A DNA stretch of 64,000 nucleotides from a virus (lineage: Duplodnaviria > Caudoviricetes), in the IMG/VR virus record IMGVR_UViG_3300021255_002056, positions 21,081 through 85,080 of that record. The stretch is one strand, 5' to 3'. Position numbers and translations under genes: made by a program. Shown here piece by piece: positions 40,620 through 48,669 of the stretch (within the stretch, counting starts at the first letter, position 1; every line of letters starts with the position of its first letter). Below the pieces are notes generated by a model. The model was given only the letters and a program-made list of their open reading frames with translations, did not search any database and was not told the origin of the DNA.

Positions 40620-40726
40620 TTTATGAGGCATTAAATACTTGGAGAGTAGATGCCAAGTCACAAAAACGAAGACACCTCGTGCGAAAGGAGAGTAGAGCCC
40701 TAACACGGTACTTAATACCTCGTAAA
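40620..40726 (-). ncRNA. Candidate structured RNA (three-way junction)
   Basis: 19-bp outer stem (40708-40726 with 40620-40638) plus two inner stems; G-U pairs favour the minus strand. Confidence 0.45.
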
Positions 40727-40783
40727 TAACGCTAAAGAGTACCATGGAAAAGCGATTGGGTTTCCGAAAATATCAGCAAAAAA

Positions 40784-40862
40784 TCCCGCCGGAGAATTTT
40801 TTGAGACCGCCGCGATGCAATAGGGGGTGGGCTTTATAAGAGCCCCCCTCCAGTGCACTGCG
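40784..40862. other. Candidate cos / genome-end region
   Basis: GC-rich island with CGCCGCGAT (40808-40816), GGGCT/AGCCC hairpin and CAGTGCACTG palindrome, upstream of the packaging genes. Confidence 0.4.
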
Positions 40863-40901
40863 AGGCAATAACTAGGTTAAAGATAAAAATGCAATTAAAA
40901 C

Positions 40902-41207
40902 TTAATCATTAAACGATTTGTAATCTTTGTTGATTACTTTTTTGTAAATTCCAAGAAAATCGTTTTCAATTATTTCGTCAATTGCACGTTCAATCTCATC
41001 ATTGTTTAGTTCGTCGCTCAATTGTTCGGATGTTTTCGCGATTCTTGCTAAATAATTGCTTGAACAATAACCTTTTAAATTGTCAAACATAAGCCAATCA
41101 CTGAATTGAGTGAATGGATCATAAGGATTGTCAATTGTTGTTAATGCGAACTTTGCATTGTTTTCAATTGAACTGTTTGCTTTTGCGATTTCTTTTGCAT
41201 TAGCCAT
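40902..41207 (-). CDS. Conserved-looking hypothetical protein
   Basis: ALTTIDNPYDPFTQFSDW...YLARIA; AAAGGAG RBS. Confidence 0.65.
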   Translation of the reverse strand: MANAKEIAKANSSIENNAKFALTTIDNPYDPFTQFSDWLMFDNLKGYCSSNYLARIAKTSEQLSDELNNDEIERAIDEIIENDFLGIYKKVINKDYKSFND

Positions 41208-41232
41208 TTTTCTACAACAATTCTCCTTTCAC

Positions 41233-44229
41233 TCAAGCTTTCAAAGCCTTGGCAATAGTACTTGCTGAAACACCAAGGGCTGCGGCTATTTCGGCATTAG
41301 TCTTTCCACTTTGTGACATTGCTTTTGCTCGGCTCTTCATTGCGTCTGTCATGACTTTTCTTGAACTCGGTGTAGCTCTCTCCCTTAGCTTATCCGTGTC
41401 TGTATGGTCAAGTACTTTTCTTAAAGTATTAGCATGAACTGCACCAGCTTGAATGGCTTCCCAAATGCTATCTGTAATTGTGATTTCATTCCTTTGAGCT
41501 CCTACTCTAGCCCTAGCCTTGGTGAGTTCTACCTGCCTCAGTTTCTTCTTATCTTCCTTCTTAATGTCTGGATTACTCTGTACTTTAGCTTTGAAGTTTA
41601 CTGTAGCTATTACTTGAGCTTGTCTTTCTCTAGGCTTATTCTTAGTTGATAGGTCTAACTGGTTCTCAAGCTCTTGTACCTCATTAGCGTATTTCTTAGC
41701 TGCAGCACTGCTGTATTCAGAACCTTTAGTATCATAACTAAGCTTCCTAGCCTGGTTGGCTAGGCTCTTCATAGTATTAGCATAAGAAGCATAAAGCTGT
41801 TCCATAGGGGAATTACTATCAGATATTAAAGTTCTAGCATCATCTGTTTCAGCCATCTTTGTGCTTGGCTGTGTACGAGTTTTCTCTATTATCTTTACTT
41901 CCCCAGTCTTTTTATTAACCTTCTCTATTGTATACCTAGCTTTAGGATCTTCTTTGTATAGCAATGCTCCTTCAGGTTTAGATGGATCATAATCTGGGCG
42001 ACCCTTAATATTTATTCTTGGCTGGCCTTTTCTTCTTACTACATCTTTCTGAGACTTAGCCATTGAAATAAGAGTTGACGCACCATATACTTCTTTTCCT
42101 TCTTCATCCAGATGAGCTTGATACTTCTTTTTAAGGCGTTCAATCTCATTCTGAGCGTAACTCGATTGGTAATCAAGTTTATGCTTTTCCGCATCAATAA
42201 CAACCATTGAATGACGAACTGCTTTTGCTAATTCATCTTCTGTAGCACCTTTAATGGTCATATCATTGATAAGATTTGAAATACGCCCCATTTCATTTTG
42301 AGTATTCTTCATTACTTTAAATTCGTATCCTGCTTTATTAAAGTAATGCTTATTACCATTCTTATCTTCGTAAGTCTTACTAGGATCGCAGCCATATACT
42401 TCTTTTGGCTCAAATCCTTCTAAGCCTTTCAAAGACTTTCCATTGTTATTCTTGATTCTGATAGTACTGTTTGTCGGAATTACCATAACAGTATCACCAT
42501 CAAAATCAGCTCCAGAAAGCTTTTCTGCAACAGAAGCATTAATACCGACAGCATCTCTTGAGTTCTTGCCGATCATTGCAACACCATCTTTCTGTTTATT
42601 ATTAACAGTTAGAATTGGTATCTCAAATGGTCCACCATGCGGATAACGAATTAACGCGACCTGTTCACCATCTTTATAGTTAGGTGCATAGATTTCATTA
42701 CTTTTCATAGACGGAATAGGTAAAATAACCTGGAACTTCTGTCTTGGTAAAGCCGCTGCCGTTAGGTGAACTGCTGACGAATCACAATCACTTGCAAATG
42801 AGTCTAAGTAATACTTTTTAAGCGTATTATTTTCAAGACTCATAATGTCTTTTAACTCTTCTTGCTTTTCAAGAACAGCTAAATTCAACTGTCTCTTTGC
42901 TAACTGAACTGTTTGTTTAGATAAGAACTGTGCTGAAAGTGTATCCTTCCAGTTGTCCCAGTCACCTTCATCTGCTCTTTTATTAATCAGACTAAGATGC
43001 TGTTTACCATCTTTACCGGTATAATAACTTTGGCCACCCTGTTCTTTATCTTTAATCAAAGAACCGAATGGATTATCTCTATCAATTTCACCAGTAATTT
43101 TGTCTCTCTTGACATCTTTTAAAACATCAAGTTTAGCAACATCCTTATGTTTATTAGTGTTAAATATCACATCAACACCAGGTGGAAATGAATCTTGATC
43201 AATAGCATAAGCTGCCATACCTTTAATATATTTAGTTCCATCGACAAGGATTCGTACCTGAGCATAATTCTTTTCGCCAAGAGAAAGATCATCTACGTTT
43301 CTTCTAAGTTCAACAAGACCATCTTTTTCTTTACCACCATCTTCAGCATATCTAATCATCAATCTACTGGAATCCATGGACTCAGGGAATTCAAATTTCT
43401 TTTTAAATCCATCAATTCCATTGTTAATAGCTTCATAATCTTTAATACCTTTGATGTGACTATACTCATAAAAATCTTTCCAATTCGCATCTGGTGTAGC
43501 AATGACGTTCATTGTTGTTTGTCTTGCACCAGATGGATCGGTAATGTTAGGAACTCTTCCACCAAATGTCTTATAACCTTCGCCTTCCAAAATATAAACT
43601 GCATCATCGAGCTTAGTTCTAGTGACATTGAGTTCGTTCTCGACACCAGGGCCAATATCAATCATGGCTTTTGGATCAGACTTAGCAAGTTCATTAAGAC
43701 GCTCTTTTAAGAAGTCTGCAGTCTTCAAAGATATCTCAATATTTGCTTTTCTAGAAGGTTCTAAAAGTGATCTAACAGATGATTCATTAGGTAAACCCAT
43801 TTTACGAGCAATCTCAGAATATCCATACTTATGTTTTCCATTTTCATCGTATGTATTCCATAAAGCTTCAGCACGATTAATCTTATCCATCTTGTCAAGA
43901 TTAGATGCAAGAGTAATAGCGTGCCTGTATTCTGTAGTGCTCATCTTTAATATCTTTGCTACAGCGGTTTCACCTTTGAATGTTTTGCCATAATCAGGAT
44001 TCTTAATCTTTTCACCATTCTTGATAATGTATTCTTCATTATCTGTATATGTTCGCTTTTCTTTCCTCAGCTGAGTTACGAACGAAAGAAAATCTCCAGA
44101 ATGCTGGAATGGTGTATCTCCAGAGCCCCAAGGATATCTACCAGATCCAGGAGTTCCTTTAATATGGTCAATACCGTAATGCATTAAAAAATCGTCTAAC
44201 GACGGTTTCTCATAAATCATAAATATCAA
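41233..44229 (-). CDS. Single-subunit two-barrel RNA polymerase-like protein (YonO/RdRP-like) with HTH domains
   Basis: KDG...QVR...IKG, IRYPH, LSGADFDGD, MGRISN, VIDAEKH in the expected order; HTH motifs near both termini. Confidence 0.78.
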   Translation of the reverse strand: MIFMIYEKPSLDDFLMHYGIDHIKGTPGSGRYPWGSGDTPFQHSGDFLSFVTQLRKEKRTYTDNEEYIIKNGEKIKNPDYGKTFKGETAVAKILKMSTTEYRHAITLASNLDKMDKINRAEALWNTYDENGKHKYGYSEIARKMGLPNESSVRSLLEPSRKANIEISLKTADFLKERLNELAKSDPKAMIDIGPGVENELNVTRTKLDDAVYILEGEGYKTFGGRVPNITDPSGARQTTMNVIATPDANWKDFYEYSHIKGIKDYEAINNGIDGFKKKFEFPESMDSSRLMIRYAEDGGKEKDGLVELRRNVDDLSLGEKNYAQVRILVDGTKYIKGMAAYAIDQDSFPPGVDVIFNTNKHKDVAKLDVLKDVKRDKITGEIDRDNPFGSLIKDKEQGGQSYYTGKDGKQHLSLINKRADEGDWDNWKDTLSAQFLSKQTVQLAKRQLNLAVLEKQEELKDIMSLENNTLKKYYLDSFASDCDSSAVHLTAAALPRQKFQVILPIPSMKSNEIYAPNYKDGEQVALIRYPHGGPFEIPILTVNNKQKDGVAMIGKNSRDAVGINASVAEKLSGADFDGDTVMVIPTNSTIRIKNNNGKSLKGLEGFEPKEVYGCDPSKTYEDKNGNKHYFNKAGYEFKVMKNTQNEMGRISNLINDMTIKGATEDELAKAVRHSMVVIDAEKHKLDYQSSYAQNEIERLKKKYQAHLDEEGKEVYGASTLISMAKSQKDVVRRKGQPRINIKGRPDYDPSKPEGALLYKEDPKARYTIEKVNKKTGEVKIIEKTRTQPSTKMAETDDARTLISDSNSPMEQLYASYANTMKSLANQARKLSYDTKGSEYSSAAAKKYANEVQELENQLDLSTKNKPRERQAQVIATVNFKAKVQSNPDIKKEDKKKLRQVELTKARARVGAQRNEITITDSIWEAIQAGAVHANTLRKVLDHTDTDKLRERATPSSRKVMTDAMKSRAKAMSQSGKTNAEIAAALGVSASTIAKALKA

Positions 44230-44807
44230 TTCACTCCTTCCCTAGCTTTGATGTCGTCAAGGATCTTACTGAAGCGAATAATTAAATCCATAATCGGTAA
44301 GATTTCTTCAGGCTTCGGATTATAGAAGAGAACTTCATTCCCTTGATAAATCCTTAATTCCATGTCAATCTCACCAGGCTTAAATCCATACTCCAAACAG
44401 AACAAAGACGCATAGACCAATAACTGGTCGATCTTCGCTGGTATGTCACCAGTCTTCAAATCATGGATTCTTAATATCATTCTTTCTGAACCGCGCTGCT
44501 TGCCAAAGTAAATAGCGTCTGCAGTTCCATAGCAGTTCGCCGAATAATATAAAGGAATCTCAGAATCCATACCATATCCGATAGCATCATTCACAAAAGC
44601 ATTTAAAGCCTTATTAGACTTCGGAAGCCTTTGACGAAGCTTAATACATCTAGATGCAAAATCATGAAGCTCAGTGCCTTTTTGTGCCGCTAGCTTTGCC
44701 TTAAATACAGATATCAATTTGTCATCTGTATAGTTCAGCCAGTGATAACTTGAAGCACTCAAAAAAGCATGAGTTCCCTCAATCGCGGAATGCGGATTCC
44801 ATTTCAT
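44226..44807 (-). CDS. PD-(D/E)xK nuclease (DUF2800/Cas4-like)
   Basis: HAFLSASS, GTELH, GTADAI, IHDLKTG, QLLVY. Confidence 0.75.
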   Translation of the reverse strand: MKWNPHSAIEGTHAFLSASSYHWLNYTDDKLISVFKAKLAAQKGTELHDFASRCIKLRQRLPKSNKALNAFVNDAIGYGMDSEIPLYYSANCYGTADAIYFGKQRGSERMILRIHDLKTGDIPAKIDQLLVYASLFCLEYGFKPGEIDMELRIYQGNEVLFYNPKPEEILPIMDLIIRFSKILDDIKAREGVN

Positions 44808-45099
44808 TCAAAACACTCTCCTTATTCTCTGGATAAACGAATCTCGCAAAAGACATATCGTTCATCAGCTTGACTCTGTAATCCTGGTTTGGACGATGAG
44901 TAGCATGAGCTGAACGTTTTACTTCTAATGCTGCCCAATGCTTTCCAAACAGAACCAACAAGTCCGGTACACCTTGAATCAGTCTTGGATCTAACTTGAT
45001 TACGAAACTGCCTTTGAAACGTTGTTTGATTTCTTTGATCAAATCACGTTGAAAGTTTCGCTCAAGAATATCCATACGGATTCTATTCTTCTTTGCCAT
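44779..45099 (-). CDS. VRR-NUC domain nuclease
   Basis: ERNFQ, GVPDLLVL, LEVKRS, RPNQ. Confidence 0.8.
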   Translation of the reverse strand: MAKKNRIRMDILERNFQRDLIKEIKQRFKGSFVIKLDPRLIQGVPDLLVLFGKHWAALEVKRSAHATHRPNQDYRVKLMNDMSFARFVYPENKESVLNEMESAFRD

Positions 45100-45196
45100 A
45101 TAGTTCACTCTCCTTTAAACCTGACAAAAACAAAAAGAAAAGGGAAACGACGCAAACCGACACAAACTTATAAAAAGTCGGCATTTTATCATTTCT

Positions 45197-45227
45197 CCTT
45201 CATAACAGGGCATGGAATTTCCGCGAA
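45197..45227 (-). promoter_or_regulatory. Phage promoter-like motif, copy 1
   Basis: TTCGCGGAAATTCCATGCCCTGTTATGAAGG. Confidence 0.65.
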
Positions 45228-45329
45228 CTAAAAATTCGGTGTGAAAATATCCATTACCAGTGGATTGATCTGTGCAGAGAATAAACTAAAAAGGCCCTCA
45301 AAATCGAGGACCAAAATCAGTCGAAAAAT

Positions 45330-45612
45330 GTCTCTGCACAAAAACACAAAAATTTTCTTTAACTTATATAATAATTTATTATTTTTTTTCGCATTAATTA
45401 ATAAATATTTTTGTGTTTTTGTGAAAAATGCTCTAAAAGCCTTATTTTAAAGGCTTTTTCGTTACACAAAAATTTTTTATTTTTGTGTAAAATCACAAAA
45501 ATTTTGTGAAATTGACCATTTTGACGCAAAATATTTTGCATCGATTTTTGCCACTTTTTTCAATTTTTTCGATTTTTCCAAAAATTTTTGTGTTTTGCAC
45601 AATTTTTGTGTA
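45330..45612. repeat. AT-rich iteron/palindrome region, candidate replication origin
   Basis: Many CACAAAAA/TTTTTGTG copies in both orientations; 12-bp inverted repeat 45462-45490; TCACAAAAATTTTGTGA; GCAAAATATTTTGC. Confidence 0.55.
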
Positions 45613-45622
45613 AGGATTTGTG

Positions 45623-45877
45623 TTATAAATTTTCCAATTTTTGCAGAACTTTTGAGCCATAATTAGACTCTCTAAACTCTGTATCTTCGTAATATTTACT
45701 AGTATAAACCTTCTGAAAATAGCTGATTAATGCATACCAAACAACCTTACTTGTCTTATGATTTCCATTAATGATGTTTCTTAGTGTTTGCATAGTTATA
45801 CCAGTTTCGTTCTGCACGTCAATCGATCTAATATCCAGTACTCTCATTATTTCTAAAATTTCCGTTCCACTTAGCAC
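45623..45877 (-). CDS. XRE-like HTH protein
   Basis: GTG start after AAAGGAG; SIDVQNETGITMQTLRNIING. Confidence 0.65.
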   Translation of the reverse strand: MLSGTEILEIMRVLDIRSIDVQNETGITMQTLRNIINGNHKTSKVVWYALISYFQKVYTSKYYEDTEFRESNYGSKVLQKLENL

Positions 45878-45894
45878 ATAAATCTCCTTTCTTG

Positions 45895-45925
45895 GCAAAA
45901 AGAAGAGGCCCGTTAAGACCTCCCA
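45895..45925 (-). terminator. Intrinsic terminator-like hairpin
   Basis: GAGGTC-TTAACG-GGCCTC followed by TTCTTTTT. Confidence 0.5.
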
Positions 45926-45934
45926 AAATATCAT

Positions 45935-46126
45935 TTACTTATCGATTTCCATTTCATTAATCTTCCTATCCAAAGCTCGTACAGTCGATTCAGCGATGTT
46001 CATTTTCTGCGCGATAGTTGCATAAGAATATCCAACATCTCTATACGCCTTAATCTGTCCCATCTTGAATGCTATACCAGTTTCTCTAGTAATAAACTTC
46101 GTAATTCTTTCAGCGATTTTGCTCAT
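45935..46126 (-). CDS. Small HTH protein
   Basis: GYSYATIAQKMNIAESTVRAL; start MSKI after the GGAGG RBS. Confidence 0.7.
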   Translation of the reverse strand: MSKIAERITKFITRETGIAFKMGQIKAYRDVGYSYATIAQKMNIAESTVRALDRKINEMEIDK

Positions 46127-46134
46127 GATTTTTA

Positions 46135-46165
46135 CCTCCATAAAAGGCCACGAATTTTACGCGTA
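46135..46165 (-). promoter_or_regulatory. Phage promoter-like motif, copy 2
   Basis: TACGCGTAAAATTCGTGGCCTTTTATGGAGG. Confidence 0.65.
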
Positions 46166-46169
46166 CAGA

Positions 46170-46204
46170 CAAAAAAGAAAAGCCCCAGAAATATCCAGGG
46201 CTTG
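46170..46204 (-). terminator. Intrinsic terminator
   Basis: AAGCCCTGG-ATATTT-CTGGGGCTT followed by TTCTTTTTT. Confidence 0.75.
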
Positions 46205-46208
46205 CTCA

Positions 46209-46394
46209 TTACTCAACAGTTGAAAGCTTGCCTTCAGACTTGAATTTTTTCATCCAAGCACGAACAGTACTTACAGAAAGTCCTACTCTTCCTGCGATCT
46301 CCGAAGGTTTCTTTCCTTCTTCCAAAAGTGCCTTAACATAGCCTTTCTTGAAATTTCTTTCCATGTCTTCAGCTGTTGCAGTTAATACTTTCAT
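46209..46394 (-). CDS. Small HTH protein
   Basis: GKKPSEIAGRVGLSVSTVRAW. Confidence 0.7.
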   Translation of the reverse strand: MKVLTATAEDMERNFKKGYVKALLEEGKKPSEIAGRVGLSVSTVRAWMKKFKSEGKLSTVE

Positions 46395-46614
46395 TTTCTT
46401 TCCTCCTTATTAAATGCATTTCCTCCTTATTAAATGCATATGTGATTACAAACTCATCAGTAAGCCTACTAGGCTCATCGATTGTTACCAAATATCCAGA
46501 CATTATTAAGATCTTGACAAATTCAGTTGCTAACTCATAGTCAGTAGTTCTAAATGTTCCATGATCGTCACATCTAGAATCTTTCAAGCAGTCACTATTC
46601 TTTACATTTTCCAT
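46369..46614 (-). CDS. Hypothetical protein
   Basis: Coupled ORF in the operon; C-terminus runs through a 20-bp duplication. Confidence 0.5.
   Translation of the reverse strand: MENVKNSDCLKDSRCDDHGTFRTTDYELATEFVKILIMSGYLVTIDEPSRLTDEFVITYAFNKEEMHLIRRKENESINCNS
46400..46439. repeat. 20-bp perfect tandem duplication
   Basis: TTCCTCCTTATTAAATGCAT x2. Confidence 0.9.
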
Positions 46615-46637
46615 CTCAGACAGTCTCCAAAATATAA

Positions 46638-46829
46638 TTAGGCTTCAGCATCGTCTTCATCTAGGAAGATCCAATTATCGTCTGTTTTAGTTATTATTCC
46701 TAGCTTATACAATTTACGACAAGCAAGTTCTGAAAATGCCCCTTGACCGCCTTCTTCAAATTGCGGATCAAATATCCAGCGGGCAACCCACTTAGCAAAG
46801 TCCATCAGATCTTCATAATCTGGTCCCAT
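46638..46829 (-). CDS. Hypothetical protein
   Basis: 63 aa, translationally coupled, RBS present. Confidence 0.55.
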   Translation of the reverse strand: MGPDYEDLMDFAKWVARWIFDPQFEEGGQGAFSELACRKLYKLGIITKTDDNWIFLDEDDAEA

Positions 46830-47056
46830 TAGATGTACTCTCCTTTCTTGTTCTTCTCAGAGTAAATATCAAGGTCACCTTGTGACTGATGACAGACAAA
46901 CTCAAAGTTCTTTCGATCGAACTTGTTCTTGGCGTACTGAATATCTTTTGTGCGCTCACAGTTACCATCGTTTAAATACTTGCAGCTCTCACCTGTACAA
47001 GCACCATCTTTTATCTTTCTCTTGGCATCGCAGATGTAATAATACTGATCACTCAT
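46829..47056 (-). CDS. Small Cys-containing hypothetical protein
   Basis: YICD..ACTGESCKY..NC. Confidence 0.55.
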   Translation of the reverse strand: MSDQYYYICDAKRKIKDGACTGESCKYLNDGNCERTKDIQYAKNKFDRKNFEFVCHQSQGDLDIYSEKNKKGEYI

Positions 47057-47385
47057 TTACTATTACCTTCGATTTGCTGAACAAGATCGTGAATTTCCTT
47101 ATCGTAATCCGGATCAATTACATAATGAACATTGTCTGCCCAAATATCTTTATTAGAAGGAGTGTCTACCTTCTTACCGATTTGTAATAGTTTCAATCTG
47201 ACACGCTTCAGAAAGTGACGAGGCCCTAGCCATTTGACTAGAGCCCCTTTAATATCTGAGTCAAGCGCGTAGTCTAACACTGCTAAACCTACGACAGTAA
47301 CACAGAGAAACATCACAATCACAGTAAGCGACATAAAGAGCCAAACTATGTTACCAATCAAGTTCATCATCATCTTCCAAATCAT
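47053..47385 (-). CDS. Hypothetical membrane protein
   Basis: N-terminal hydrophobic stretch IVWLFMSLTVIVMFLCVTVVGLAVL. Confidence 0.55.
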   Translation of the reverse strand: MIWKMMMNLIGNIVWLFMSLTVIVMFLCVTVVGLAVLDYALDSDIKGALVKWLGPRHFLKRVRLKLLQIGKKVDTPSNKDIWADNVHYVIDPDYDKEIHDLVQQIEGNSK

Positions 47386-48091
47386 CTCTAGTCTTTGCTA
47401 ATGCTTTTCCGCGTTTGATCGGGCATTCTTTAAGCTTCTTCTCATAAGATTTTTTACATTTACGGCGTTTAGTAGATGTCTTTTCTGAGCAGGTAGCATT
47501 TTTAACCAGTTCATCGATCTCTTTTTTCGTATAACGGAATCGATCGTATGCAAGAATATAAAGGAAACCAACTTCTGGATCTTCTTCTGCTTCAACTAGT
47601 TCGTGTAGCTTCATGACATCTTCGTGTGTGTACTTGTTTCGATAGCCAAACTCAAGGAGATATTCCATTAAACCAATGTAGGTCCAAGGTGTTTTAAACA
47701 AAAATCTTTCTATCTCAGAACCGTAAACACCACGATATTTAAGAAGAAGGTATAGAACAGCTTTGTAGAGGTTATTGTATTCCTTCTTTTCACGGGTCAC
47801 CATCTCAAGACGATCGCCGGTTTTGTTATCGATCAGAATTGTACGATCACCGCCATAAACGACACGATATAGCTCAGATAATGGCTTTGGAGTAAATATC
47901 TTTTTCACAATCGCGCGTAAATCGTTTACGACTTTACAATGGTAATCATCTAAAGCTTTTGCAGTCATAGAAAAATCACGATTACTATCTGGAAAAGGAT
48001 GATACTCACCATTCTTATCGTAATATCCATCTGTATCGACGTACAAAAACTCAGGTGAGCTATTCCTAATGTCCTTCTTCGCTTTCGCCAT
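47351..48091 (-). CDS. Hypothetical protein
   Basis: 246-aa ORF in the operon. Confidence 0.6.
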   Translation of the reverse strand: MAKAKKDIRNSSPEFLYVDTDGYYDKNGEYHPFPDSNRDFSMTAKALDDYHCKVVNDLRAIVKKIFTPKPLSELYRVVYGGDRTILIDNKTGDRLEMVTREKKEYNNLYKAVLYLLLKYRGVYGSEIERFLFKTPWTYIGLMEYLLEFGYRNKYTHEDVMKLHELVEAEEDPEVGFLYILAYDRFRYTKKEIDELVKNATCSEKTSTKRRKCKKSYEKKLKECPIKRGKALAKTRDDLEDDDELDW

Positions 48092-48428
48092 TAGATAAAT
48101 TCTCCTTTACTTCTTTTACTGTTTTTCTTTTTATATTTTTTCTTGGTTTCATTGTGTTTAACAGAGTACCTTGCTCGATGTATGACAGCTGTTCTTTAAT
48201 ACCATTTAAACTAGTACCAATATCTGTTAATGCCTGTAATAATGCTGCATGGAGAGCTGGTTCTTGTTTAAGAATATTTAGTAGTCTGTCGAATGAATCA
48301 GCAACACTTTTAAAATTGCTATCTAAAGCTTTAGCGATCTGATCAACTTTTAAAATGACTGTACCAATAGCAGCCCAAGTGAACAAGAAACCCAACAGTA
48401 AAAATATACTTAATAAAATATTAAACAT
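48066..48428 (-). CDS. Membrane-anchored coiled-coil protein
   Basis: N-terminal TM segment followed by heptads. Confidence 0.55.
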   Translation of the reverse strand: MFNILLSIFLLLGFLFTWAAIGTVILKVDQIAKALDSNFKSVADSFDRLLNILKQEPALHAALLQALTDIGTSLNGIKEQLSYIEQGTLLNTMKPRKNIKRKTVKEVKENLSNGESEEGH

Positions 48429-48669
48429 TCTTATCGTCCTCTGACTTTGCTCTTCTGCTCTTCTTTTTCTCAGATAACTGAGTTACTTTACTTTTCATAT
48501 CAACAACCATGTCGTAGATTCTATCTTCAAACTGGAGGATTCTGTTTAATTTAGAATCTGCTTTCTCGTTTGATTCTGTGTTATCCGGAATATCAATAGG
48601 CTGATACAGCAAGTAAACAAGAGCACCGACTTCAATAGCAATAATCGCAAGTAAAACATTAGTAATCAT
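48421..48669 (-). CDS. Membrane-anchored small protein
   Basis: MITNVLLAIIAIEVGALVYLL. Confidence 0.55.
   Translation of the reverse strand: MITNVLLAIIAIEVGALVYLLYQPIDIPDNTESNEKADSKLNRILQFEDRIYDMVVDMKSKVTQLSEKKKSRRAKSEDDKNV

Noticed and set aside
44226-44807. Cas4-like gene as evidence of a CRISPR system
   Set aside because: Stand-alone PD-(D/E)xK nucleases are common in phage recombination modules, and no array or other cas gene is present.
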